DNA from: Candidatus Aminicenantes bacterium
Lineage (GTDB): Bacteria; Acidobacteriota; Aminicenantia; UBA2199
Assembly: GCA_018262835.1 (NCBI GenBank)
Contig: JADFDP010000001.1
Span: 32,081 to 96,080 of the forward strand
Reading direction: 5' to 3'
DNA length: 64,000 bases
Position 1 is the first letter of the stretch. Each line of letters begins with the position of its first letter. This document shows, piece by piece, positions 54,347-63,450 of this stretch. Made by a program: the position numbers and the translations under genes. The notes below the pieces were generated by a model that had not been told where the DNA came from, did no database searches, and saw only the letters and a program-made list of their open reading frames with translations.

Positions 54347-56157
54347 AGATCATCGTCATCGGGGCCGGGCACGCCGGAATGGAAGCGGCATATGCTGCGA
54401 TGAAAATGGGTGCCGAAACCATTTTGCTGACCATGCACCTGGAGACCATCGCCCAGATGTCCTGCAACCCCTCCATCGGTGGCATTGCCAAGGGTCACCT
54501 GGTCAAGGAGATCGATGCCCTGGGCGGGATCATGCCCCGGGCCGCCGATGCCACGGGCATCCATTTCAAGGTGCTGAACCGCAGCAAGGGGCCGGCGGTG
54601 CGGGCCACGCGCACCCAGAACGACAAGGTTGCCTACCGCAATTATCTGAAAAGTTTCCTGGAAAAGGCGGCGAACCTCAGCCTGTACCAGGCCATGGCCG
54701 GCCAGATCGTGGTGCGCCATGGCCGGGCCTGCGGCGTCAGGCTGACCCATGGGGAAGTCCTCGCTGCCGATGCGGTGATCGTCTGTTCCGGGACCTTCCT
54801 GGGCGGGCGCATATTCATCGGCAGCGCTTCCTACGCCGCCGGCCGGGCCAACGAGCCTCCTTCCCTGCTGCTGGCGGAAAATATCCGCGACCTGGGTTTT
54901 GAGATGCTGCGCTTGAAGACCGGGACGCCCATGCGGCTGCACGCCGACAGCATTCTTTGGGCAAAATTCACCCCCCAGCCCGGCGACGAGCCGCCGCTCC
55001 CATTTTCCATGTACACCCGCCGGCAGGTGAAAAACCGGGTGTGCTGTTACCTGGGGCACACTACCCCGGAGGTCGGACGCATCATCCGCGAAAACCTGCA
55101 ATTGTCGCCTTTGTATTCCGGAAAGATCCAGGGCATCGGTCCCCGTTATTGCCCTTCCATCGAGGACAAGATCGTCAAGTTCCCCGGCCGCGAAAGGCAC
55201 CATTTTTACCTGGAGCCGGAAGGACTGGACAACAAGGAAATATACGTTAACGGCCTATCGTCCAGCCTGCCGGTGGAAATTCAAAAGCTGATCCTGCAAG
55301 CCATCCCCGGACTGGACAAGGCGCGGATCATGCGCCCGGCCTACGCCATCGAGTACGATGCCATTCAGCCCACCCAATTGCGCGCCAGCCTGGAAAGCCG
55401 GCAGATCGGGAATCTGTTTTTTGCCGGCCAGGTCAACGGCACATCGGGTTATGAGGAAGCCGCCGGCCAGGGGCTCATGGCCGGGATCAACGCCGTGCTC
55501 AGGGTCCGGGGCGAAGCGCCGTTCATTCTGGACCGTGAGCAGGCCTATATCGGTGTTATGGTGGACGATATCGTCCACGGCGGCGTCGATGAGCCGTACC
55601 GCTTGTTCACGGCGCGGGCCGAATACCGCCTGCAGCTCAGGGAAGACAACGTCTTCGAGCGCCTGGGCGGGCACGCTCTCCGGCTGGGTTTGGTCTCGCG
55701 AATGGACCATGACCGGGAGATGCGCAAATTATCAGGACGCCGGCATCTGATCAAGGAACTGTCCAAGGCCAGGGCGCTTGTTGACGGCAAGTCGCAATCA
55801 CTCTTTAAAATACTGCAGCGGCCGGGCATGAACTTCGCCGGCCTGGAGAAACTGGTCGGGCAGCCATTGCTGAAAAAAAAGGACTTGAGCGATATCTCCT
55901 ACATCGAAGCCAACGTCAAGTATGAAGGATACATCGATATCCAAAAACGGGAAGTCGGCAAGATGAGAAAAATGCAAACAACGGCCATTCCCGCCGACCT
56001 GGATTTCAGCGCCGTCTCTGGCCTTTCCCGCGAAATCAAGCAAAAACTTTCAAGGTTGCATCCGGCCACCCTGGGCGAGGCGGCGCGCGTTCCCGGCGTC
56101 ACCCCGGCCGCCATCAACGCCATCAGCATCCACCTGACTTTAAAATACAGGCCATGA
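54343..56157 (+). CDS. mnmG: tRNA uridine 5-carboxymethylaminomethyl modification enzyme MnmG (GidA)
   Basis: VIGAGHAGMEAA FAD motif, MSCNPSIGGIAKGHLVKEIDALGG, GPRYCPSIEDK. ATGA overlap with mnmE. Confidence 0.9.
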   Translation: MKIIVIGAGHAGMEAAYAAMKMGAETILLTMHLETIAQMSCNPSIGGIAKGHLVKEIDALGGIMPRAADATGIHFKVLNRSKGPAVRATRTQNDKVAYRNYLKSFLEKAANLSLYQAMAGQIVVRHGRACGVRLTHGEVLAADAVIVCSGTFLGGRIFIGSASYAAGRANEPPSLLLAENIRDLGFEMLRLKTGTPMRLHADSILWAKFTPQPGDEPPLPFSMYTRRQVKNRVCCYLGHTTPEVGRIIRENLQLSPLYSGKIQGIGPRYCPSIEDKIVKFPGRERHHFYLEPEGLDNKEIYVNGLSSSLPVEIQKLILQAIPGLDKARIMRPAYAIEYDAIQPTQLRASLESRQIGNLFFAGQVNGTSGYEEAAGQGLMAGINAVLRVRGEAPFILDREQAYIGVMVDDIVHGGVDEPYRLFTARAEYRLQLREDNVFERLGGHALRLGLVSRMDHDREMRKLSGRRHLIKELSKARALVDGKSQSLFKILQRPGMNFAGLEKLVGQPLLKKKDLSDISYIEANVKYEGYIDIQKREVGKMRKMQTTAIPADLDFSAVSGLSREIKQKLSRLHPATLGEAARVPGVTPAAINAISIHLTLKYRP

Positions 56158-56226
56158 CGCTGTTGGCGGCAGAACATTCGTTTTTCGCTCAAGCAGCCCA
56201 TTTTGCGGCCATTTTTCAAACAATGA

Positions 56227-56255
56227 TTGCAAATTTCTAGGTTTTTCCATAAAAT
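56227..56255 (+). promoter_or_regulatory. sigma-70-type promoter (TTGCAA-N17-TAAAAT) of the SDR/PAP2/CPBP operon
   Basis: TTGCAA at 56227-56232, a 17-nt spacer, then TAAAAT at 56250-56255. Leader of about 140 nt to ATG 56398. Confidence 0.5.
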
Positions 56256-56397
56256 CCGCTCATGAGAAAAATTGATTTTCCAAACGGTCTGCGTGTACGC
56301 AACGACAATGGTTGGCATGGACTGGCCTCCTGCGGCCGCACTCCTGCGCCTGACTGATAACTCAATTGACGCAAGAGATTCTGACCCGGGGACCGCG

Positions 56398-57402
56398 ATG
56401 AGCCGGCACGACCTCGCCGGCAATTCCCGCTGCCTGGTTACCGGGGCCAGCGGCTTCATCGGATCCCACCTGGCTGCCGCCCTGGTCGCGGCGGGGCACG
56501 AGGTAACCTGCCTGGTGCGTTCCACCAGCCCGACCGCTTTTCTCTCCACCCTGCCGGTACGCCGGGTCTACGGGGACTGCCGCGACCGCGGATCGCTGCG
56601 CGCCGCAGTAACCGAGGCCGATTATGTCTTTCACCTGGCCGGGGCGATTTCGGCCCCCGATTGGCAGACTTATCTCGACGTGAACGCCGGCGGCACGAAG
56701 AATCTGGTTGAGGCGTGCCTGGAATGGGCACCGGCCCTGCGTCGACTGGTCTTTGTATCGAGCATCGCCGTTGCCGGGCCCAGCCCGAGCGGTCGAGCCC
56801 TGACCGAGACGGACGAGTGTCGCCCCGTTTCCGACTACGGCCGCAGCAAGCTGCAAGCGGAGCTCGCGGTGCGCGCCGCGAAAAACCGCATGCCCTGGGT
56901 GATCATCCGTCCGGCCAATGTGCTCGGTCCGCGCCAGAAGGAGCTCGGGGAAGTCATCGGATTGCTGCGACTGCATATCCGGCCGCTGGTCGGCCGCAAG
57001 GGCTCGCGCACCAGCGTGATCGGCGTCTGGGACCTGGTGCGGGCCCTGCTCCAGGCGGCCGGCGATGACCGCGCCAGCGGCCGTACCTACTTTGTCACCG
57101 ACGGCGTGCCCGCCTCCTGGCGTGACATCACTGCCGCCGTGGCCCGTGCTGCCGGAGTGCGAGGGTTCCTCCTTCCGGTTCCCTATCCGGTCCAGTATGT
57201 TGTCGCCGCCGTGGCCGAATGGATCGCCCGCCGGCGGAAACGGATGCCGATCCTTACCCGCGAGCACTTGGCCGCCGCCCGCAAGTACGATTGGAATTAC
57301 GACGCGGGCGCCATTGCCCGGGATCTTGGTTTCCGGCCCGAGATGGACCTGGCCGAGGTAATGATGAAAACCGTGGCCGCCCGTCGGGCGGGGGAGAGCT
57401 GA
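56398..57402 (+). CDS. NAD-dependent epimerase/dehydratase-family SDR (1 of 3)
   Basis: Rossmann motif CLVTGASGFIGSHL near the N-terminus when started at ATG 56398. Catalytic YGRSK. The track ORF start at 56272 would add 42 non-homologous residues. Confidence 0.75.
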   Translation: MSRHDLAGNSRCLVTGASGFIGSHLAAALVAAGHEVTCLVRSTSPTAFLSTLPVRRVYGDCRDRGSLRAAVTEADYVFHLAGAISAPDWQTYLDVNAGGTKNLVEACLEWAPALRRLVFVSSIAVAGPSPSGRALTETDECRPVSDYGRSKLQAELAVRAAKNRMPWVIIRPANVLGPRQKELGEVIGLLRLHIRPLVGRKGSRTSVIGVWDLVRALLQAAGDDRASGRTYFVTDGVPASWRDITAAVARAAGVRGFLLPVPYPVQYVVAAVAEWIARRRKRMPILTREHLAAARKYDWNYDAGAIARDLGFRPEMDLAEVMMKTVAARRAGES

Positions 57403-57403
57403 C

Positions 57404-58360
57404 ATGGATTTCTCCGGAGTGGAACGGCGGGGAGCCCGCTACGCTGAGCCCTATGGCCATACCCTGGCTCTGCCCGGGGTGGCGCTGCAGGCGATGGACG
57501 CGGTGGTGCTGGCGGCGGTGTTTTTTTTCGCCAGCCTGATCGCCGCTTGTGCCCCGCGCATCCACGACCCGTGGCCACTGCTGCGGCACACCGGCATCTG
57601 GGGGCTGTTCTACGTGGCTTCCCTGGCCCTGCAGCGGCGGATCTCCATGCCCTGCTGGCGGGCGCTGCTGCGCATGGGGTCGGTCCAACTGGTGCTTTTC
57701 CAGGTCTACCTGATTGCCCATCCCCTGCAGCTGATCTTTGTGCAAAACTGGCAGGACCCGGCCATCCTGCGGCTGGAGAAGGCGGTGTTCGGTGTCCAGC
57801 CGATTTTGTGGCTGCAGCGCTTAATCAGCCCCGGGCTGACCGAATGGATGATGTTCTGCTATGTGATCTATCTGGTCATCTACCCGGCGCTGGGCATACT
57901 GATTTTCCTGCGCTGGGGCGAGAGGCACCTCGAGGACTACCTATTTGTCCTCACTCTGGCCAACGTGATCTGCTTTCTCGGCTTCCTCGTCTGCCCGGTG
58001 GCCGGGCCGTCCAACCATATGTCCGGCGAGTTCACCGTGCCGCTCAAGGGCTGGCTCTTCACCGCTGCCGGCGAGTTCATCCGCAGCGATATCCACCAGG
58101 TCGGCGGGAATTTGCCCAGCCCTCATTGCGCCATCGCCACCGTGATGTGGCTGATGGCCTATCGTTACCGGCGGTTGTCCTTCTGGCTGCTGGCCCCGGT
58201 GATCCTCTCCCTCTACGTATCCACTTTTTATGGACGCTATCACTATGTCAGCGACTCGCTGACCGGGATTGCGGCCGGCTTCCTCGTGCTGGTGTTGGCT
58301 CCGCTCCTGGTGCGGGGCTGGAACCGCCTGGCCGGGCCTGGTGTCAAAAAAACCGCATGA
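57404..58360 (+). CDS. PAP2-superfamily integral membrane protein (AUR1/sphingomyelin-synthase-like phosphotransferase type)
   Basis: Multi-pass membrane protein. Motifs LPSPHCA (PSGH-like) and YGRYHYVSDSLTG (H-x3-D). Starts 1 nt after the SDR1 stop. Confidence 0.6.
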   Translation: MDFSGVERRGARYAEPYGHTLALPGVALQAMDAVVLAAVFFFASLIAACAPRIHDPWPLLRHTGIWGLFYVASLALQRRISMPCWRALLRMGSVQLVLFQVYLIAHPLQLIFVQNWQDPAILRLEKAVFGVQPILWLQRLISPGLTEWMMFCYVIYLVIYPALGILIFLRWGERHLEDYLFVLTLANVICFLGFLVCPVAGPSNHMSGEFTVPLKGWLFTAAGEFIRSDIHQVGGNLPSPHCAIATVMWLMAYRYRRLSFWLLAPVILSLYVSTFYGRYHYVSDSLTGIAAGFLVLVLAPLLVRGWNRLAGPGVKKTA

Positions 58361-59355
58361 AACTCTTTGTCACGGGTGCCAACGGCTTCATCGGCTCCAG
58401 CTTGTGCCGCTACTTCCTGGCCAGGGGCTGGGAGGTACACGGACTGGTCAGGCGCACCTCCAACCTGTACAACCTGGAAGGCCTGCCCGTCCACCTCCAT
58501 ACCGGTGACCTGCGCGACCCCGCCTCGTTCGCCATCCCGTCCGGGACCACCCACGTCATCCACTCGGCCTCGATCGTTTCCGACACCGCGGATGATGCCG
58601 TCTGCAGCGAAAACATCCACCTGCTGGCGGTCAACCTGGCCGTCAAACTGCGTGCGTTGCCCCAGCCGCCACAAAGGCTGCTGTACATTTCCACCGCCCT
58701 GGTTCTCGGCTACAACGGCCAGGATATCTCCGAGCAGCGCCCGGGCGAATCGGCAATGTTTCTGCCCTACACCCGCTTTAAGGTAAAAGCCGAGGAATTC
58801 CTGCTGCAGCAGTGGCAAAACCATGGACTCCCGGTGGTCATCCTGCGTCCCGGGGATGTATATGGCCCGTACGACCGGGTCTCATGCATCCATTTGCTGC
58901 GCGGCTGCGAGCGGAAATGGCCTTTGATCGTCGGCCGCGGTGACTGCCGCTTCGGCTTCTGTTATATCGATAACCTGTGCCAGGTTGCGCGGCTGGCCCT
59001 GACCCAGCCCGGCATAGAGGGCCGGGCTTATACCGTGACCAATGGCGCTCTGCCTACCTGGGGCGAGTTTTTCTCGGGGTTGCAGCGGCGACTGCAAATT
59101 CGACAGTGGCTGCGAGTGCCGGTCTGGGGGGCCTATACTCTGGCCGCGGTGCTGCGCGGGTGGCAGCGGATCCGCCCAGGCTTCGTCCCCGTGGTCAACT
59201 ACTACCGGGTCCGCCGTATCACTACCGAGACCACCTACGACATCTCGCAGACGATCGCCGATCTCGGCTACCGGCCCGACGACGGCACCGAGCGGCAGAT
59301 CGATGAAATTGTGGCCTGGTACCTGCAGGAGAAGGAAGATGGGCACATCGCTTGA
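58357..59355 (+). CDS. NAD-dependent epimerase/dehydratase-family SDR (2 of 3)
   Basis: MKLFVTGANGFIGSSL. YTRFK catalytic context. ATGA overlap with the PAP2 gene. The long N-terminal extension in the track ORF (57547-) overlaps the PAP2 gene and is Pro/Arg-rich. Confidence 0.75.
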   Translation: MKLFVTGANGFIGSSLCRYFLARGWEVHGLVRRTSNLYNLEGLPVHLHTGDLRDPASFAIPSGTTHVIHSASIVSDTADDAVCSENIHLLAVNLAVKLRALPQPPQRLLYISTALVLGYNGQDISEQRPGESAMFLPYTRFKVKAEEFLLQQWQNHGLPVVILRPGDVYGPYDRVSCIHLLRGCERKWPLIVGRGDCRFGFCYIDNLCQVARLALTQPGIEGRAYTVTNGALPTWGEFFSGLQRRLQIRQWLRVPVWGAYTLAAVLRGWQRIRPGFVPVVNYYRVRRITTETTYDISQTIADLGYRPDDGTERQIDEIVAWYLQEKEDGHIA

Positions 59356-60049
59356 CGCCGGGCTGACCCGGGCACTTCTCTACCCCTACCTGGCCCTGGC
59401 TTTCACTTTGATGGTAACCGTGTTTCACCACCGCACCCTGCGGCGTGGCCGGGGCGAGCTGCGAGCTTTCCTGCTCTACTTTGCCGCATTCTGCCTGCTG
59501 TTTTTGGCACTGCCTCTGCTGATCGTGTTCCTGACTACCGCCGATCCGCCGGCCTTCCTGCGGTCTGTCGGCCTCACCCTCGGCCGGACCGGCCGCGGGC
59601 TGGCGCTGTCGGCCGCGGCGGTGCCGATCTGCCTGGCCGCCGCCTTTGTCAGCTCACGCGACCCGGCGCTGCGTGAGCAGTACCCTTTCGCCAAGGAGGC
59701 CTGCCGGACCCCCGCTACCTTTGCGGCCTATGAGGCGGCATACCTGGTCCTCTACTACTTGCCCTGGGAATTCCTGTACCGCGGGCTGCTCTTCCTGGGG
59801 CTGGTGCCGGCGCTTGGGCTGGCCCCGGCGCTGGCCCTGCAGACCATCATCTCGACCCTCCACCACTTCGGGCACCCCGATACAGAGATCTGGGCAGCCT
59901 GCGGCGCCGGCTTTGCCTTCGGGCTGGTGGCCTGGGTTACCGGCTCCTTTTTATACACGGTGTTCATCCACGCCCTGGCCGGCATAGCCAACGACACATT
60001 CCTGTACCTGCGCGTCCATCGTCCAACCCGGCGGGAAGCGCGATCATGA
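59339..60049 (+). CDS. CPBP-family (CAAX/Abi-like) intramembrane metalloprotease
   Basis: Motifs PWEFLYRGLLF (EExxxR-like) and HHFGH...HALAGIAN within a 6-TM protein. 17-nt overlap with the upstream SDR. Confidence 0.65.
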   Translation: MGTSLDAGLTRALLYPYLALAFTLMVTVFHHRTLRRGRGELRAFLLYFAAFCLLFLALPLLIVFLTTADPPAFLRSVGLTLGRTGRGLALSAAAVPICLAAAFVSSRDPALREQYPFAKEACRTPATFAAYEAAYLVLYYLPWEFLYRGLLFLGLVPALGLAPALALQTIISTLHHFGHPDTEIWAACGAGFAFGLVAWVTGSFLYTVFIHALAGIANDTFLYLRVHRPTRREARS

Positions 60050-61053
60050 GAATTCTGGTCACGGGCGCCACTGGCTTCGTCGGCGCGGTGCTGATGCCCG
60101 AGCTGGTGCGCGACCTCGGCGCTGACGCTCTGACGGCCCTGGTCTTGCCCGGCGACCGCATACCGCAGAGTTGGGCTGGTCTCGGCGTGCAATTCTTTTC
60201 CGGCGACATCGCTGATGCGGCGGCGGTGAGAGCGGCGGTGGCCGGGCACAGCCATGTCATCCACCTGGCCGGGCTCATTTCCTACTGGAAGCGCGACCGC
60301 CAACTCCTCGAACGGGTCAATTGCGGGGGGGTGCGCTGTGTGGTCGAGGCCTGCCTGGCAGAAAAGGTGGAGCGGCTGGTGCACGTCAGCTCGGTCGGCG
60401 CCATCGGCTTCCACTGCGACGGCACGCCGGCGGGCGAAGAGACCCCTTTCAACTGGCCCGACAGCCTGCCCTACATGACCTCCAAACGCGACGGCCAGCG
60501 GCTGGTTGAGGAGGCGGTTCGAACGCGCGGGCTGCCGGCGGTGATCCTGAACCCGGCCTCGATCATGGGGCCCGGCGACCACACCGCGGGGACCCCGCAC
60601 AACCGGCTCTATCGTTCGATCTGGCGCGGCCCCTTGTTCGGTTCGTTCTGCGGGGGCCTGGCGGTGGTCGATGTGCGCGACCTGACCGCCATCATACGCA
60701 AGGCGCTGACCGGGGGCCGGGTGGGGGAGAAATACCTGGTGATCGGCGCCAACCTGCCCTATGCCGAAGTCATCCGCCAGGTCAGCCGCTGCTGCGGCCG
60801 CAAGTCCTATCCCTTCCCTGTGCCGGCGCCGCTGATCGCCGCCGCCGGGGGAGTGCTGGAGCTGGTCAGCCGCTTTACCCGCAGGCGACCCCTCTTGACC
60901 GCGGCCTACGGGCGGCTCAGCGGCTGGTACGCATACTATAACAACAGCAAGAGCCGGCGCGAGTTCGATCACACGTACATCCCGGTGGAACATACGATCC
61001 GCGACGGCTGGGAATACTACCGGCGGCACTTCGTCGCCCCGGCGGGGGACTGA
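60046..61053 (+). CDS. NAD-dependent epimerase/dehydratase-family SDR (3 of 3)
   Basis: MRILVTGATGFVGAVL. YMTSK catalytic context. ATGA overlap with the CPBP gene. Confidence 0.75.
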   Translation: MRILVTGATGFVGAVLMPELVRDLGADALTALVLPGDRIPQSWAGLGVQFFSGDIADAAAVRAAVAGHSHVIHLAGLISYWKRDRQLLERVNCGGVRCVVEACLAEKVERLVHVSSVGAIGFHCDGTPAGEETPFNWPDSLPYMTSKRDGQRLVEEAVRTRGLPAVILNPASIMGPGDHTAGTPHNRLYRSIWRGPLFGSFCGGLAVVDVRDLTAIIRKALTGGRVGEKYLVIGANLPYAEVIRQVSRCCGRKSYPFPVPAPLIAAAGGVLELVSRFTRRRPLLTAAYGRLSGWYAYYNNSKSRREFDHTYIPVEHTIRDGWEYYRRHFVAPAGD

Positions 61054-61204
61054 CCCCGCACCGCGAGCTTCTGCAGCGGGACCAACTCCGAGATCGTGGC
61101 CTTGCGGCCGCGAAATTTCCCGGCCATATTGCTTTTCCTATCGGTCTCCAATTTAACCTTTCCCCGCGCACAGGCCTTGAGCCTGCCACTTGACAATCCT
61201 CAGC

Positions 61205-61909
61205 TCAGAGGATCATGGAGAAGCCGAACCAGATTTCCGTGTCCTCGTTGACCTCATCCAGCAGCGGGATCATCAGGTTGAGCGAGGGGGCCAGCGTCAG
61301 CTTGCCCATTGTCAGCGGCGCCCTGACGTAGAGATCGATGTCGGAGAACCCCGTTTTGTCGACGTACTGCCGGCTGTTGAAGCCGATAAGCCCGCCCGCC
61401 TCCAGGCTCATTTTTTCGCTCAATTTCAGCTCGTGGCTGCCGCCGAGCGTGACATAAAAGCCGCTGCCCAGATTGAAGTCGTAGTAGACGGAGAGCTGCG
61501 GCGACAGCGGCAGGTCGGTCCTGGCGAGCGCGGCGGAAGCTTCCTGGGTAGTATGATCCTTGAATTTGAAATCGTCCGCGAACCAGTAGCCGTAATTCGT
61601 CAAACCGACGCTCAATTCCCAGCCTTCGGGCATGGGCACGGCGTACGAGAGGGTTACGTCGATCTCGTCGGAGTACTTGAATAAGCCGCGCTGCGCCAGG
61701 GCGAAGCTGCTCCAGAGATTGAGCGAAAATCCGCTCTTGCCCAGATCGAGCGTGAATGAAGGCTGGATGGCCCCATGGTTGTCGGGCAGCAGGTCGAATC
61801 CGCGCCAGACATAGCGGCTGACCAGATCGACCTGGATGGACGCCGCGCCCGGCAGGGGTAGCACCGCGCCGATCAGACAGGCAAGCAGCAGCAAAGTGAA
61901 TCTTTTCAT
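61205..61909 (-). CDS. TorF-family putative outer-membrane beta-barrel protein
   Basis: Signal peptide MKRFTLLLLACLIGAVLPLPGAAS. Then VDLVSRYVWRGFDL, typical of this family. ATG 61909 follows AAGGAGA. Confidence 0.6.
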   Translation of the reverse strand: MKRFTLLLLACLIGAVLPLPGAASIQVDLVSRYVWRGFDLLPDNHGAIQPSFTLDLGKSGFSLNLWSSFALAQRGLFKYSDEIDVTLSYAVPMPEGWELSVGLTNYGYWFADDFKFKDHTTQEASAALARTDLPLSPQLSVYYDFNLGSGFYVTLGGSHELKLSEKMSLEAGGLIGFNSRQYVDKTGFSDIDLYVRAPLTMGKLTLAPSLNLMIPLLDEVNEDTEIWFGFSMIL

Positions 61910-62070
61910 GCACTCTCCTTGAGTCGTCCAGTCGAGCCGGCAATACGCTTCCGGCAAATCATATCATAAAAGGAAAACGGGGCGGGGAAAAATACCTTCG
62001 CCGCTGAATCTCGTTTCACCGGCCTGCTCTTCAGGTGCGATTTTTGTTTTTCTCTGCTACAATATTCGCT

Positions 62071-63450
62071 ATGAAGACTTGCCAACGAAGCCTGGTGATC
62101 GCCTGGTCGGCGCTGGCCATGACATGGGTCTGGCATGGAAGTGCCTGCGGTGCCGTTGACAACCTTCCTGCCTCGCGTAATTTTACCTTGGACAACGGGC
62201 TGCAGGTGTTCCTGCAAGAGAAGCATGACCTGCCGTTGACGGCCATAGCCCTGGCCATCGACCTTGGCACCAAGGACGAAACGGAACAGACCAGCGGCTA
62301 CGCCCATCTGCTCGAACACATGCTCCTTTTCGGCGGCAATGACGGGCGGGACGGCGAGGCACGCCTCGCTGAACTCCGCGGCCACGGCGTCGCCCACAAC
62401 GCCCACACCGATCACGATCTGATGACCTTCGAGGCTTCCTGTCCGGCGGCAGAAAGCGTTTGGGCGCTGGAACGCCTGCGGCAAGCTGTCTTTTTCGGCC
62501 GCCTGGGTCCGCAGCAGCTGGAGAGCGAGAAACGCATTATTCTTGAAGAAATTTTACAGTTGCGCGACAACCCCGTGTCCCTTGGGCGGATGCTGGTTAT
62601 GCAGCAACTTTTTACCGGTCACCCTTATGGGCAGCCTGTCTTTGGCGACGGCCGCACCATCAAAACGGCCACGATCGAACTTTTGCAGGCTTTTTACAAG
62701 CGCTTGCTGAATCCCGGCGGCAGCGCCCTGGCCATGGTCGGCGATTTTGTCTTGTCCGACATGGAAAAGGAGATTCGCCGGAATTGGGGGGCGCTGACCC
62801 CAGGCGTCCAAAACGCCGCGGTGGTTCCCCAGGCCGGCCGTTTGCAAAAAAACAGCGAGCAGCAAATCGAACTGGACATCAATGAAAGCCACCTTTTCTT
62901 TGCCTGGCGGGCACCGGGCTTCAATCACGAGCAGCGCATCCCGCTCACCATGCTGACCCATATTCTTGGCCGAGGTTTGAACCCCCTATTGAACGGGGTC
63001 TTGCGCGGCGGTCGCCAGGCGGTCGACCAGCTCGACATGAGCTACTTGCCGCTGCGCGGCGGAGGAATGGTGCTGCTGCATCTGACCCTGAAGGAAAAGA
63101 ATATCCGCAACGCCAGGATCGAACTGAGCAAATTCCTGAGCCGGCTTGGCTTCTTCAATTTCAGCCGGACGGATTTTCAGCAGCCGGATCAGTCGTATGT
63201 GCCCGATTTTCTGGAAAGCGCCAGGAACCAGATGAGTTACAACGGCGGAAATTTCCGCGAATCGGCCCAGAATTTGAGCGTTGCCGTGGCCCGCTTTATG
63301 CTGTTGCACACGGCCAAGGGCGGCGACAGCCATGCGGAGGATGAGGAAAGGATCACCTCGACCGACCTGCGCCATGTTGCCGGGAACTACCTGAGCGGAA
63401 AAAAATGCGCGGTGTTGGCCATTGTCCCCTTGGCCGGGAAGGCAAAATGA
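62071..63450 (+). CDS. M16-family (pitrilysin/insulinase-like) zinc peptidase, catalytic-type subunit
   Basis: Signal peptide present. Inverted zinc motif in SGYAHLLEHMLLFGG (HxxEH). The start at ATG 62071 is preferred but has no clear RBS. Confidence 0.75.
   Translation: MKTCQRSLVIAWSALAMTWVWHGSACGAVDNLPASRNFTLDNGLQVFLQEKHDLPLTAIALAIDLGTKDETEQTSGYAHLLEHMLLFGGNDGRDGEARLAELRGHGVAHNAHTDHDLMTFEASCPAAESVWALERLRQAVFFGRLGPQQLESEKRIILEEILQLRDNPVSLGRMLVMQQLFTGHPYGQPVFGDGRTIKTATIELLQAFYKRLLNPGGSALAMVGDFVLSDMEKEIRRNWGALTPGVQNAAVVPQAGRLQKNSEQQIELDINESHLFFAWRAPGFNHEQRIPLTMLTHILGRGLNPLLNGVLRGGRQAVDQLDMSYLPLRGGGMVLLHLTLKEKNIRNARIELSKFLSRLGFFNFSRTDFQQPDQSYVPDFLESARNQMSYNGGNFRESAQNLSVAVARFMLLHTAKGGDSHAEDEERITSTDLRHVAGNYLSGKKCAVLAIVPLAGKAK

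Noticed and set aside
52967-57405. 405-, 340- and 347-aa ORFs antisense to mnmE, mnmG and SDR1; 424-aa ORF at 59755-61029 antisense to CPBP/SDR3
   Set aside because: All lie opposite well-supported genes and have Arg/Gly/Pro-rich shadow composition.
57547-58356. 270-aa N-terminal extension of the second SDR ORF
   Set aside because: It overlaps the PAP2 gene in another frame. The Rossmann motif must be N-terminal, so the start is ATG 58357.
61054-61165. Short minus-strand ORF (MAGKFRGRKATISELVPLQKLAVRG...) that might be a transposase or antitoxin fragment
   Set aside because: It is only about 36 codons, overlaps the end of SDR3, and the similarity to HTH/antitoxin N-termini is too vague to support.
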